64,000 nucleotides of DNA from a virus. The stretch is from the IMG/VR virus record IMGVR_UViG_3300027864_001020, positions 13,642 through 77,641 of that record; one strand, 5' to 3'. The first letter of the stretch is position 1, and the number at the start of each line of letters is the position of its first letter. The position numbers were made by a program, and so were the translations under genes. Below, in pieces: positions 27,687 to 37,310 of this stretch. The notes below the pieces were generated by a model. That model was not told where the DNA came from and searched no databases. It saw only the letters and a program-made list of their open reading frames with translations.

Positions 27687-29677
27687 ATTATACCTCTTAA
27701 TGTTTCAAATACCCTTGCGGATATAGATTTAATTACTTTACCTCGATATTCTTTTGATAAAACTTTTTCCTTGAATTCCGCAATCGGCATTGTATCAACC
27801 CTGCCTAAAAATCCCGGTCTGTCATACTGTTTCAAATAGGCTTTTTCCGCTTCTTTGAGAGAATTAAAGCCAAGCATAACCTTGTCTTCGTCATATCTGC
27901 CGGTAGTGGGATCGTTCTGATGAACGATATACACATTGGGAGCGTTCTCATTACTGCCGATATAAACGTCTACATGATCCTTGTCAACGCCGACACTGCC
28001 TCGAATATAACCATAATCATAGTGCATTTTAATTGACCACTTATGACCGTCTTTGTCTGTTCCGCTGCGTGTACTGTCTTTTTTGTTTTCTACGGAAATA
28101 TCCAGTCCGGCAAATCTGTACCTGTCTTGTAATTTATGTCCGCTGAATGTAAGGCTTTTTTGCGTGTCATCGAATAATTCGCCGATCATCTCTTCGTACA
28201 CTTCTTGAACTCTATCCCTGAATCCCGGAGTTTTGCCGGTAGGATATTCTATGCCTTGTTTCTCAAACTCTCTTTTAACCTCATTAAACGCCTCTCCGTA
28301 TATTTTCCTGTCCATTGAATTGCCGGTGTTGGGACCGTAACGATAATTTCCGCCTGTTCTTTCGGCGGTTTCGGGCGTTTTGGTTTTCGGGGTGTTTAAG
28401 AATTTTTTTGCTCCGCCGGGTTTATCTTCGCCGCCTATAACATCGTATATATCATTTATCCGCTTAATGAATCCGGGCGTTTGATCATTAGGGCTTTTTA
28501 TCCCTTTATTTTGATATTCGGTTTTGGCTTGCGTAACCGCTCTATCAAACAATTCTGATTGATTTTTTGTATGCGCTACAAGAGCGTCAACAGTACCGTT
28601 ATGGCGCATCCATATTCCTCTGCAATAAGGGTGAAATACGCCGTTTGCAATAAAATCTTTTTTACCGTCCCAGTCTTTGCCGTCCCATATCGCAAAATCG
28701 GCAATCGGATCATCTATCTTATCAGACGGCAATGGGTGATCACTCCATAGAACAATAACGCCATGCATCTTTTTACAGAAGGGGCAGGTGTTACCGTCTA
28801 TAATCTCTACTCGCTGAAAATAAATCTTTTCTCCCGGTTCTGCGTTTTGAACTTCGTCAAGTAAATATGAATTGTTAGAAGCGTTTTGTATTTCGGTATC
28901 GGCTATTCTTTGAAAGTCCCTATTTGCGCCGGTCATGCGGTCGAATAGGGATTGTGATATTTCTCCCTTACTCTTATAACTTTTTACACCATCAATGAGT
29001 ATTTGCTGTATATCCGCTTTCATTGCGGCGGTTGTCTTTGTTATTTTCTGCGCTGCCGATTGCTGTAATACTTGTATTCTTGCGGCTTCGGATCGGCTTA
29101 ATTGTTCGCCGAAAGTATTTTGCATATTCTTTACTGAATCGCTTATCCAATCCAGTGTTTTACCTCGATATTTAACATCGTCAAGTCTTAATTCCGTTAC
29201 GGCTTCCAGTGTGTTATATTTCAGCATACGGTTTAATATGCGGTTTAGCGCCTTGCCGTCCAATATGATTTTTTTGTCAGTGTCTTTTAATTTTTTATTT
29301 AGGTACTTTTCAAGAGTTTCTACAAACCTATCCCAATCGCCTTTTTTAATCGGCTGACCGGTTTCGGGGCTGTAAAGTATTTTGCCCTTATGAACTAAGG
29401 GATCGGCTTTTGATATTATCGTTATTTCAGGCAATCCAAAATAAGCGGCGAGAAATGAGTAAGTTTCTTTCAGGATAGTTGAAAATCGGTTATACCATAA
29501 ATAATTTAACTCTTCCTGCGCCTTGAATAAAAAAGGTTCGGGACCGTGATTATGTTTCTGCCTTCCTGCTACCGATACCGGCACTCCCAGTTGCTGCGAT
29601 AATGCGCGGACTGCCTTCATCATCTTTAAGCGCCTGTTTTGGGGTGTGATATTGATAACGGAAAGATTTATGTTCAT
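27683..29677 (-). CDS. Head morphogenesis protein (SPP1 gp7/MuF-like) fused to an InPase-like domain
   Basis: RIADTE..CPFC..HPYCRG (MuF-like); ISVENKKDSTRSGTD..YGYIRGSVGVDKDHVDVYIG..DEDKVMLGF (inorganic-pyrophosphatase-like domain of polyvalent proteins). Confidence 0.8.
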   Translation of the reverse strand: MNINLSVINITPQNRRLKMMKAVRALSQQLGVPVSVAGRQKHNHGPEPFLFKAQEELNYLWYNRFSTILKETYSFLAAYFGLPEITIISKADPLVHKGKILYSPETGQPIKKGDWDRFVETLEKYLNKKLKDTDKKIILDGKALNRILNRMLKYNTLEAVTELRLDDVKYRGKTLDWISDSVKNMQNTFGEQLSRSEAARIQVLQQSAAQKITKTTAAMKADIQQILIDGVKSYKSKGEISQSLFDRMTGANRDFQRIADTEIQNASNNSYLLDEVQNAEPGEKIYFQRVEIIDGNTCPFCKKMHGVIVLWSDHPLPSDKIDDPIADFAIWDGKDWDGKKDFIANGVFHPYCRGIWMRHNGTVDALVAHTKNQSELFDRAVTQAKTEYQNKGIKSPNDQTPGFIKRINDIYDVIGGEDKPGGAKKFLNTPKTKTPETAERTGGNYRYGPNTGNSMDRKIYGEAFNEVKREFEKQGIEYPTGKTPGFRDRVQEVYEEMIGELFDDTQKSLTFSGHKLQDRYRFAGLDISVENKKDSTRSGTDKDGHKWSIKMHYDYGYIRGSVGVDKDHVDVYIGSNENAPNVYIVHQNDPTTGRYDEDKVMLGFNSLKEAEKAYLKQYDRPGFLGRVDTMPIAEFKEKVLSKEYRGKVIKSISARVFETLRGII

Positions 29678-29889
29678 TCTGTTTTTTGTTCCTGTAATGC
29701 TTCGTTTATCCTGTCAATAAAATATGATCTTGCTCTTTCTTCGGCGACATAATCACTATGACTAACAATTTTAGGCGTAACGCTTAATACATTGCGGAAA
29801 CATTTTATAGCGTCAATAATTTGTTTTGCATCTTCGTCTTTTATATCATGCTCTAGCGCAACCGTTAGGCTGTTGTATCTATCACTCAT
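29674..29889 (-). CDS. Hypothetical phage protein
   Basis: 71 aa, coupled to neighbouring genes. Confidence 0.6.
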   Translation of the reverse strand: MSDRYNSLTVALEHDIKDEDAKQIIDAIKCFRNVLSVTPKIVSHSDYVAEERARSYFIDRINEALQEQKTE

Positions 29890-29891
29890 AA

Positions 29892-30740
29892 TTATTTTGT
29901 CTCCTTTTTTTCAAATAATCTGCAATATCCGCTTACATCTGTAAACACTGATTCTTCTGTCTTTTCACTAGCACAAAGGCACTTTACAAATTCTCTATCT
30001 CCGGGTAAGTCTATAAAGTTTTCACGCTCTTCATCTGTAAAGTCTATACAGCTATTTTTACAAGTCCTACACATAGACACTCCGTCAGGACTTTGATTTC
30101 TCCATTCATATTCTTTTGTAAAATAATTTTCAAATTCATCAAGTTGCTCAATTTTTGTAAGCCCTATTCTTAAATGTCCTTTATATGGAGCATTGGCTGA
30201 TATTAATAAACCCTCTCTTAAATATTCTTCGATACTTTGCCAATCCACATGGGGTTTCATGGTATCAAAGTCCATATATAACGGACACCCAAGAGCGGCA
30301 TCATCAATATATAAATTGGCGTATACTTTCGGTGATTGTGTCCATTCCTTTTGTCCGGGGTCTTCATTAACGCCATAAAGCGGAATATCATTTTCCTTAA
30401 ACCAATTTTCTGCGGCTTCCAGTTCGGGACCGCAGCGCATTGTGTTTAATATAAGTTTATGCCCTTCGGCAATTAACTTTTTCAATACGGGTACTGCGCC
30501 TATGTCTTTACCGATATTCGGGTATTCATGTGTTACGCAAGTTCCGTCAAAATCAATGGCGATTTTTAACGGCTTAAATATTTTTTTTGTGCTTTGTATT
30601 GTGCTTTTTATCAGTCCTTTTTGATATTCCTCATAAGTAAACTGTTTTTCATATAAATTCGGATCGTTCCTGTCGAAGCCGTCAGGGTCTAATATTTCAA
30701 TTCCGTCAATGATTGCCCATTCTTTAATTGTTTTTGTCAT
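29892..30740 (-). CDS. HAD-family phosphatase domain protein with extra N- and C-terminal domains
   Basis: IAIDFDGT motif I, LILNTMR, KVYANLYIDD. Confidence 0.7.
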   Translation of the reverse strand: MTKTIKEWAIIDGIEILDPDGFDRNDPNLYEKQFTYEEYQKGLIKSTIQSTKKIFKPLKIAIDFDGTCVTHEYPNIGKDIGAVPVLKKLIAEGHKLILNTMRCGPELEAAENWFKENDIPLYGVNEDPGQKEWTQSPKVYANLYIDDAALGCPLYMDFDTMKPHVDWQSIEEYLREGLLISANAPYKGHLRIGLTKIEQLDEFENYFTKEYEWRNQSPDGVSMCRTCKNSCIDFTDEERENFIDLPGDREFVKCLCASEKTEESVFTDVSGYCRLFEKKETK

Positions 30741-31002
30741 CTTTTATTTCTCCTAATCTGGTTTTAGTAACGGTTAATCCCTCGCTACTTATTGAGAATA
30801 ATTCTTTATAGTTATAACCGTTATAATCCCAAATCGTTATATGAGACATTTTACCCTTCATGCTAATATTGTAATTAAGTTTTCTGTTTGTTTCGTCAAA
30901 TATTACAGTTCCTGCGCTGTCAGTAATTACAACCCTATATAATAACTCTGGTTCACAACCGATTAAAAGAATAGCGACTAAAAGGATAATAATTTTTTTC
31001 AT
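30724..31002 (-). CDS. Putative lipoprotein (moron)
   Basis: MKKIIILLVAILLIG-C lipobox; AT-rich. Confidence 0.65.
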   Translation of the reverse strand: MKKIIILLVAILLIGCEPELLYRVVITDSAGTVIFDETNRKLNYNISMKGKMSHITIWDYNGYNYKELFSISSEGLTVTKTRLGEIKDDKNN

Positions 31003-31241
31003 TGTTCAACCTCATGTAAGAACGATAATGCTTTTACCGTTATGTTTTCTCTGGTAATGTTAAAATGGTACTTTTCTTCAATTTCACTTTTTATACTATC
31101 TACATATAAATCAACAAATTCTATAAATCGATCACCGTTATCAATTTTTATATTTAAATTTATAACCCCTTGATAAAAATGAAATATATTAGTATTTATT
31201 GGATTAACAACTCTTATATTATAAAAATATGCGTATCTCAT
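30999..31241 (-). CDS. Hypothetical AT-rich protein
   Basis: 80 aa; ATGA overlaps with both neighbours. Confidence 0.55.
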   Translation of the reverse strand: MRYAYFYNIRVVNPINTNIFHFYQGVINLNIKIDNGDRFIEFVDLYVDSIKSEIEEKYHFNITRENITVKALSFLHEVEQ

Positions 31242-32833
31242 ATCACTATCCTTATAGTTTTTTCCCTGTTTAGGGATTTTTCCGTTTTCTGTTCCTGCTC
31301 TCCGCTGCCGTTATTTTCCTCGATTGCGTCCCATTCCTCGCTGCCTTCGTTATCCGGCGCATCCGCTCCGTCTTCTGCCATATCGCCGAATCCGTCCATA
31401 TTACCGGAATCGTCCATCATGCCGCCTCCCTGCCCTGACTGGAATAATTGAACAGCTTGCGGAGACATTGGAATATCCGCCCAATCATGCTCTAACGCCG
31501 GCAAACCTTTTTCTTTTCGCTTTTCATTAAGCGTCTTGTAAGAATCAACCTCGCCCTTATCCAAATCCAATATTTGCTGCGGATCGTCTCTCTCATAGCC
31601 GACAAATTCAAGTTCAAACTGCGGATTCACTTTTTCGATTATTTTATTCAAATATGCCTGAAGGAATGTAAGGGTATGACTTAATATTGCGGATTTTCCG
31701 GCTTCGATTTTCGGCTTCGCATCACGTTCTACCATCGGCATAGACTTTTGTAATTGTAAGCCTATATCGTCCATCGTTGTACCGAATAACGATAAAACGC
31801 CGGAAGTAAGGAACTCCAACCAATTTTGAAATTCCATTTCTTTATTTGTTCCGCCAAGTTGCTGCCATTTAATACCGCCGCCGTCTTTTAATCCTGAAGG
31901 AATAATCGGAATCCGCCATTGCGAAGAAGGGTTGCCGCTCATAATATCGCAGATATAGTCTTCCATCATTTCTACGGTTTCCTGATCTGCGTCTCCGTCA
32001 ATTAAAAGCATACCTCTTGGCAGTTTATTCTCTGTAAAAAATCCGGCGTTATAAGCAAATGTATTTATCACGCTTGTAATTAAATCTATGGCTTGCTCGA
32101 CATAGGAATAACCGTAAAAAGAATAATCTATATCGGTTCGGGGATTTTGAAAGTCAAATATAAGTTCGTTTTTTGTATACCACGCATAAGGTATGTTATC
32201 AATAATTTGCGCATATCTAAAATTGTCAGGGTTATCTTGACCGGGTAAAACTCTCTCTATTGTCGCAGCGTCAACAGCCCAATAAGCGCATGGTTTTTTT
32301 GCTCTTGTATATTGTATTTCCGTAGCAATTTGATCTATCTCTAATAAATCACGAATTATTTTTGTACAGTATTTAATAAAACTATCATCACGATCTATGT
32401 CTTCGTCAAAGCCTGTATGAAGTAAAAACTTTTCTATTGCCTCACGCTCTTTTGATTGTTTTCCGCTTGCTCTTGTTATGTCTTCGCCTCGTTTTAATAT
32501 GACAAAGCCTCTGATATTTCTGTCAGTAGACGGCTTCAAAAACGGTTCTATTTTTCTTATTGTGTTTCCGATACAGGAATTTATAATCCATGCCTTGCTT
32601 GAAACACGCCGCAAGGTTTGACAGTTTATTGACCGGTTGTAATATCGGTCTACCGTTCTTAAACCGCCGTACCTGTTTTGTATTTGTTTTAGCGGATCAA
32701 AAAAAGCGGACTGGACACCGTTCATATTTCCGGCATCCCTCATATAAACAGCAGGATAATTGTGTCGGTACGATCTTGCCAATTCTCTTTTTAGATTAAT
32801 TGGGCTTATTCCATTACTTGGGTTTATAAGCAC
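31238..32833 (-). CDS. Portal protein
   Basis: 531 aa directly after TerL; GYSYVEQA..NAGFF..NKLPRGML motifs; acidic C-tail. Confidence 0.9.
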   Translation of the reverse strand: MLINPSNGISPINLKRELARSYRHNYPAVYMRDAGNMNGVQSAFFDPLKQIQNRYGGLRTVDRYYNRSINCQTLRRVSSKAWIINSCIGNTIRKIEPFLKPSTDRNIRGFVILKRGEDITRASGKQSKEREAIEKFLLHTGFDEDIDRDDSFIKYCTKIIRDLLEIDQIATEIQYTRAKKPCAYWAVDAATIERVLPGQDNPDNFRYAQIIDNIPYAWYTKNELIFDFQNPRTDIDYSFYGYSYVEQAIDLITSVINTFAYNAGFFTENKLPRGMLLIDGDADQETVEMMEDYICDIMSGNPSSQWRIPIIPSGLKDGGGIKWQQLGGTNKEMEFQNWLEFLTSGVLSLFGTTMDDIGLQLQKSMPMVERDAKPKIEAGKSAILSHTLTFLQAYLNKIIEKVNPQFELEFVGYERDDPQQILDLDKGEVDSYKTLNEKRKEKGLPALEHDWADIPMSPQAVQLFQSGQGGGMMDDSGNMDGFGDMAEDGADAPDNEGSEEWDAIEENNGSGEQEQKTEKSLNREKTIRIVI

Positions 32834-34451
32834 GATCCACCCCTCTTAACACAGAATGTAAAGATTTTCCGCGCCCCCTTGTCAGAGTAGGAGCGTTCGT
32901 GCCGTTGGTTGCTTGTTTATGCTCTGATTGTACAACAGTTCCATTCTTTTTACTAGAGTATGCGGAATAAAAGTTTCCGGCGTTTTCGCCCTTTATGACA
33001 GCCCTGTCAGCAAGCGCCCAAGCCCAAAAACTGTCGGCGTGTCCGTCTTCGTCTCTTTCGCTGTCATAGCGGAATGCGCCGCCGGAAATCGGTGTCCGCT
33101 TAATTGAATGTATCTGCCTATGAAACTTTGTATCGTTCTGTAATAGGAACATCTCTTTTTCAAGTCCGGTTTTCACATTGATTGCCATTTCCTCTTTTGA
33201 TACAACGTCAAACTTAACGCCTTCGACTTTTGCGTCTCCATATTGTTTCTGTAAGGTTTCACGCAGCGGATCGCCTATCCCTGTACTGTCAAGACAAGCC
33301 CTTACCACTGGAAGCGGCGAACTCATTATTTTTCTGAATTGATCAAGCTGATATTCATATTCTTTACTGACCATTTCTATTTCCGCTACGCTTATTCTCT
33401 TGCCGTTTGGCAGTTCGCCGATAACGAAAATAACAGCGGCATCCCTGAATCGGGCTACATCATAACCAATAAACAACCTGCCATGCAATTCAGGTTTATA
33501 TCCCAATAAAAGAGAATCAGCGTCTTTAAATACTTTAACCTCGATGTCTTTTTCTTCTTCTAGGTCTTCGGTGTCATATTCCCGATCTCCCTCTCTCATT
33601 CCGGGTGTGTTTTTGTATATCAGATCAAGCGGAATATAACTTAAAGCGGAATCAATAAACGTACATTCAAATTCCTGTTGGAAATCTTCAAGGAACATCG
33701 AGCGGAATTGTGTCTGTATTGATTCTTTGCCGAATATTGCGACACGATCCTCTGTACTCATGTTCGGGGCAAGTTTTACCGCCTCTTTAACATCTTTACA
33801 AAGCTCACCAACATACCACCATGGGACCATAAAACGCGCGTATTCAGGATATTTCTTTTTATCAGTGTATATGTCATAAAATATTCCCAACTTGCCAAGC
33901 GGAGTGCTTCCCATTTCAACGCATCCGCCTCTCGCTACAACCGGCAGACCGGCGGTATAAATTACTCTCTGCCTGTTTCTCGGATATATCGCTATTTCGT
34001 CAAATACAATATCGCCGCCTTTACCTCTCGGCGGTCGGCAAGCAATGGAAATCAACCGGCTTGTGGTTTTTCCGCCTGCGTCCAGCCATTCCATGCTAGT
34101 CCTGGTTTCACTTAATAATTTTTTTCGGTGTGCTTTCGGGATTGAATGATAAAACTCTTTGGCATAATTTATTTTTTCTTTAGCGTCATCAAAATTGTAT
34201 GATACGAATTGTCTTGTATATTTATATCGGGCTTTATCCTGCGATTTTATTATTCCCTTCAAGGCGGATATTAAAGAAAAACCTACGCGCCGACTCTTGA
34301 GATTTATGGAATATTTACTGGTGTCTCTAATTAAATCCTGCTGCCAAAAATCAAGATCAATCGGCTTTTGGTCTAAACTTATAAAGGCATCCGCATAATT
34401 TAAACGCATTTCAGGGGTAAATAGATGTTGAACCTTAGCCGAATTACTCAT
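32814..34451 (-). CDS. terL: Terminase large subunit
   Basis: LKSRRVGFS Walker A-like, VFDEIA Walker B, GSTP, IGYDVAR and HADSFWA nuclease motifs. Confidence 0.92.
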   Translation of the reverse strand: MSNSAKVQHLFTPEMRLNYADAFISLDQKPIDLDFWQQDLIRDTSKYSINLKSRRVGFSLISALKGIIKSQDKARYKYTRQFVSYNFDDAKEKINYAKEFYHSIPKAHRKKLLSETRTSMEWLDAGGKTTSRLISIACRPPRGKGGDIVFDEIAIYPRNRQRVIYTAGLPVVARGGCVEMGSTPLGKLGIFYDIYTDKKKYPEYARFMVPWWYVGELCKDVKEAVKLAPNMSTEDRVAIFGKESIQTQFRSMFLEDFQQEFECTFIDSALSYIPLDLIYKNTPGMREGDREYDTEDLEEEKDIEVKVFKDADSLLLGYKPELHGRLFIGYDVARFRDAAVIFVIGELPNGKRISVAEIEMVSKEYEYQLDQFRKIMSSPLPVVRACLDSTGIGDPLRETLQKQYGDAKVEGVKFDVVSKEEMAINVKTGLEKEMFLLQNDTKFHRQIHSIKRTPISGGAFRYDSERDEDGHADSFWAWALADRAVIKGENAGNFYSAYSSKKNGTVVQSEHKQATNGTNAPTLTRGRGKSLHSVLRGVDRAYKPK

Positions 34452-34815
34452 ACGACACCCTTTTGTTAAGTTTTGTTAAGGTTTTTTTTTCTGTCTTTAA
34501 TCTGTTTTTAAGAACGGGTAATAAATCAATATAATTCCATGCGTTATTTCTTGGGTTATCGGTGTAAATATCATAATCAAACTTTTTAACATATTTAGGC
34601 GGGTGATTAGAAATACGAAAAATAATACGTTTTCCTTTACTGACAGGTACTTCAATATATCGGGAAGAGCGCGATCTTTTTGAATCGTAAATATAAATTT
34701 TAAAGCCGTAATTAAGTATTAATTTTGAAATAATGCGGTATATACGTTTTAACTCTGCGCTTAATGCTGGTATTTGTGGAAGTTTAGGATGTTTGTTTTT
34801 AAAGTTCTTGGGCAA
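34444..34815 (-). CDS. Basic protein with R-I-S-N-H motif between TerS and TerL
   Basis: 123 aa, AT-rich, overlaps both terminase genes. Confidence 0.55.
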   Translation of the reverse strand: MPKNFKNKHPKLPQIPALSAELKRIYRIISKLILNYGFKIYIYDSKRSRSSRYIEVPVSKGKRIIFRISNHPPKYVKKFDYDIYTDNPRNNAWNYIDLLPVLKNRLKTEKKTLTKLNKRVSYE

Positions 34816-35602
34816 GTATCGATCCCCCTCTGTCCTGAATAAAACCGGCTATATTACTTATTTCATCTTTCGACTTACGAATTGTTGTCTTAATAGTGAG
34901 GCGTTCCCTTATAAGTTCTATCGTTGCCTCTCCGTCATCGTTACCGTCTCCGGCGGGACCGCCGTACAGACTTTTATAAATCGCCGTCATTTCGGACATG
35001 GATTTTTCTCTGTCGGCGAATTGAAACACTTTGCGCCCTGCTTGCCCTTTATAATCTACGCCGTCAACCGCCAATAACTGTTCGGGCGTGAGTTCGGAAA
35101 TGTCTTTTAATACCTCTATTTCCTTTTCTTCAAGTTTCTCCGTAATCGGGTTTTTCTCGAATATCGTTACCTTTTTGTAATAGTCTGCTACGTTATATCT
35201 TATCCGCGCCATGCGCCGCCGGATTATCAACTCATATTCCTCTTTGACTTCGTTCCTATGATATTCAAGAAGGCGGTTTATCGCCTCTGCCACTTTGGGC
35301 TTTCCATGCAACTGGACGGCAGTTATCCGCGCGGTTTCGGCTTTATACCCGGCTTTTACCGCCGCTCTTGCTTTAACCTGAAATGTGTCTGTATATTCGG
35401 GGTTCGTAAACAAATAAACATATCTGATTTCTTTGTCCGTTAAATCAAGGTCTTCAAGCCCCAAATCCTTAGCGCTTATTACTACCTTATCCGGCAGGGC
35501 GATCTCTTTCGTCTCTTTTTTGGACTTCGGCAGCGGTTTCTTAATTGCCGGTTTCTTTTCTGTGGCTGTCTTTGTTTTCGACTTCGGTTGTTTTACCGCC
35601 AT
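34799..35602 (-). CDS. terS: Terminase small subunit
   Basis: AAVKAGYKAETARITAVQLHGKPKVAEAI HTH typical of TerS; upstream of TerL. Confidence 0.8.
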   Translation of the reverse strand: MAVKQPKSKTKTATEKKPAIKKPLPKSKKETKEIALPDKVVISAKDLGLEDLDLTDKEIRYVYLFTNPEYTDTFQVKARAAVKAGYKAETARITAVQLHGKPKVAEAINRLLEYHRNEVKEEYELIIRRRMARIRYNVADYYKKVTIFEKNPITEKLEEKEIEVLKDISELTPEQLLAVDGVDYKGQAGRKVFQFADREKSMSEMTAIYKSLYGGPAGDGNDDGEATIELIRERLTIKTTIRKSKDEISNIAGFIQDRGGSILAQEL

Positions 35603-35768
35603 TGACCTCTCCGCATTTATGTTGCCGATAACCTGTAACTAACCGTCCGTGTTCATTTACAATGGTTATTGACTCCGCATCCACTGTATATATTCCCTGC
35701 TCGGCGGCGACCCGCCTTGCTGCCGGTATATACCTTAATTCGACACCGCAATTAGGACACTCTTGCAC
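35541..35768 (-). CDS. Small Zn-ribbon-like protein
   Basis: CPNC at the N-terminus and HKC later; overlaps neighbours. Confidence 0.5.
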   Translation of the reverse strand: MQECPNCGVELRYIPAARRVAAEQGIYTVDAESITIVNEHGRLVTGYRQHKCGEVNGGKTTEVENKDSHRKETGN

Positions 35769-36096
35769 TTACTTTACCCTTCATTGGGGTGCTGCTTTTT
35801 TCTAAGAGAGTTTTTATGCTTTGCCCTGCCCATGTTTGAATATAGGAAAAATGAGTAATCGCTCCGGCTTCAAAAACGAAGTAGAGAGATCCGTAATAAT
35901 CGCTTAAACACGCTTTCTTTAATACTTCTTGTGGGTTAAAGTCAGATGGAACAGGAGGCGGCGAAAATTCAGGATTACTGTACTCCGAACAGTTCACGGG
36001 TCTGCCGTACTCGAAGCCCAGTTTAATTCCGCCGGTAAATCCTTCCTGTATTTTTTTGTCAATTAGACAGGATAATGACTCAGCGCTTTCTTGCAT
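35752..36096 (-). CDS. First late-operon gene; two DUF2292-like repeats
   Basis: FTGGIKLGFEYGRPV and YYGSLYFVFEAGAIT are similar segments. Confidence 0.55.
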   Translation of the reverse strand: MQESAESLSCLIDKKIQEGFTGGIKLGFEYGRPVNCSEYSNPEFSPPPVPSDFNPQEVLKKACLSDYYGSLYFVFEAGAITHFSYIQTWAGQSIKTLLEKSSTPMKGKVSARVS

Positions 36097-36141
36097 AAAA
36101 CACGCCCTTTTTGGGTATGGCTAAGTCAGATCGCCTCCCAG

Positions 36142-36210
36142 TGATCTATTGCGCTGTCTGGTTTCTGATATATAATATAGCGTACTATTCCGTAATCCGT
36201 CAATAGATCA
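36142..36210. promoter_or_regulatory. Face-to-face promoter pair within a 10-bp inverted repeat
   Basis: Minus: TTGACG(36203-36198)-N18-TATATT; plus: TTGCGC(36149-36154)-N16-TATAAT; TGATCTATTG (36142-36151) and CAATAGATCA (36201-36210) are perfect inverted repeats. Confidence 0.55.
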
Positions 36211-36215
36211 AACGG

Positions 36216-36237
36216 AAAATTCAGACGTCTGAATTTT
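36216..36237. repeat. Perfect 22-bp palindrome (operator or bidirectional terminator)
   Basis: AAAATTCAGACGTCTGAATTTT, no loop. Confidence 0.7.
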
Positions 36238-37034
36238 TAATCTTCGTCATCATCGAACCAAAATCTTTCAGGAAGAAGATCATGAACCTTTTTATTAAGG
36301 TAGTAGGCTATTTCATATATTTTAATAAGCGACACCCTTGCTTTGCCACTCTCATACCCTGATAATGTTGTCCGATCCACTTTTAACAATTGGGCTAATT
36401 CCTCTTGTCTTAACTTCCTCTCTTTCCGGCACTCTTTTATATTCAGCCCAATGCGATAATATAACCTGCGACCGTCAATTTTTAACGGCGGCTTTTCGGC
36501 TACCTCATTCCCTGCCTCGATTTCTGACAGGTATTCGTCACTTTTCCGATATTTTTTAACCCACTTTAAGAGTGTTTGCAAGCCGTTTATCTCTTCAGTA
36601 ACTCGCCGCTCGATTGCTGCAATGGAATATTTCATATTATTTCTTAAGGATTTAGCGCATTCCGCTTTTGTCTTAAAGGTTGTGTTATCATAAAGCAAAT
36701 AGCCTTTATGGTCTGTATTCGGGTATTTGTAATCTTCGGTCTGCGTTTCATGAATTTTACCGTCTCTCCACATGAATACCGGCAGCGGATTTTCTATAAC
36801 ATCGTCTTTTGATATTATTTCTTCTAAAACCTCGCGCGGTAAATTTTCAATTTGCATGACAATAAAATTAATCTCGGAAGAATTGCCTATGCCTGTTATG
36901 GCTTTCACTTTAAGCGTATCAACATCCACTGTAATAATGTCATGCGCATACGGAGAGCCGACAGCAAGGTATGTGTCTTTGTTTTGCACAATGTAATTTG
37001 CTTTTATCAATTCCTTAAATCTTCTTACCTGCAT
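36237..37034 (-). CDS. Protein with C-terminal XRE-family HTH
   Basis: IGLNIKECRKERKLRQEELAQLLKVDRTTLSGYESGK. Confidence 0.75.
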   Translation of the reverse strand: MQVRRFKELIKANYIVQNKDTYLAVGSPYAHDIITVDVDTLKVKAITGIGNSSEINFIVMQIENLPREVLEEIISKDDVIENPLPVFMWRDGKIHETQTEDYKYPNTDHKGYLLYDNTTFKTKAECAKSLRNNMKYSIAAIERRVTEEINGLQTLLKWVKKYRKSDEYLSEIEAGNEVAEKPPLKIDGRRLYYRIGLNIKECRKERKLRQEELAQLLKVDRTTLSGYESGKARVSLIKIYEIAYYLNKKVHDLLPERFWFDDDED

Positions 37035-37046
37035 AATTACTCCTTT

Positions 37047-37310
37047 TCAATATCCTGTTAATTTATTTAAGGCATCGAAATCATCAAACATCTTTTCTGC
37101 CCCTTTTATGCTTTTTTTAAGACGTTCAAAATCATGGCTTGCTACATTGTCAGGCAGATAATCCATGAAATTTTGGCTATATTCAACTTCTATTCTGTTT
37201 GCCAATTCAGCAATTTTACCCGCCTTTTCCGGCTGTGAAATAACCAGCATACCGATCCTTTCTCTTAATCCATCTCTTATATTTTTCAAATTATAAAATG
37301 TTCTTGTCAT
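37047..37310 (-). CDS. Hypothetical protein
   Basis: 87 aa with RBS, coupled to upstream gene. Confidence 0.6.
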   Translation of the reverse strand: MTRTFYNLKNIRDGLRERIGMLVISQPEKAGKIAELANRIEVEYSQNFMDYLPDNVASHDFERLKKSIKGAEKMFDDFDALNKLTGY

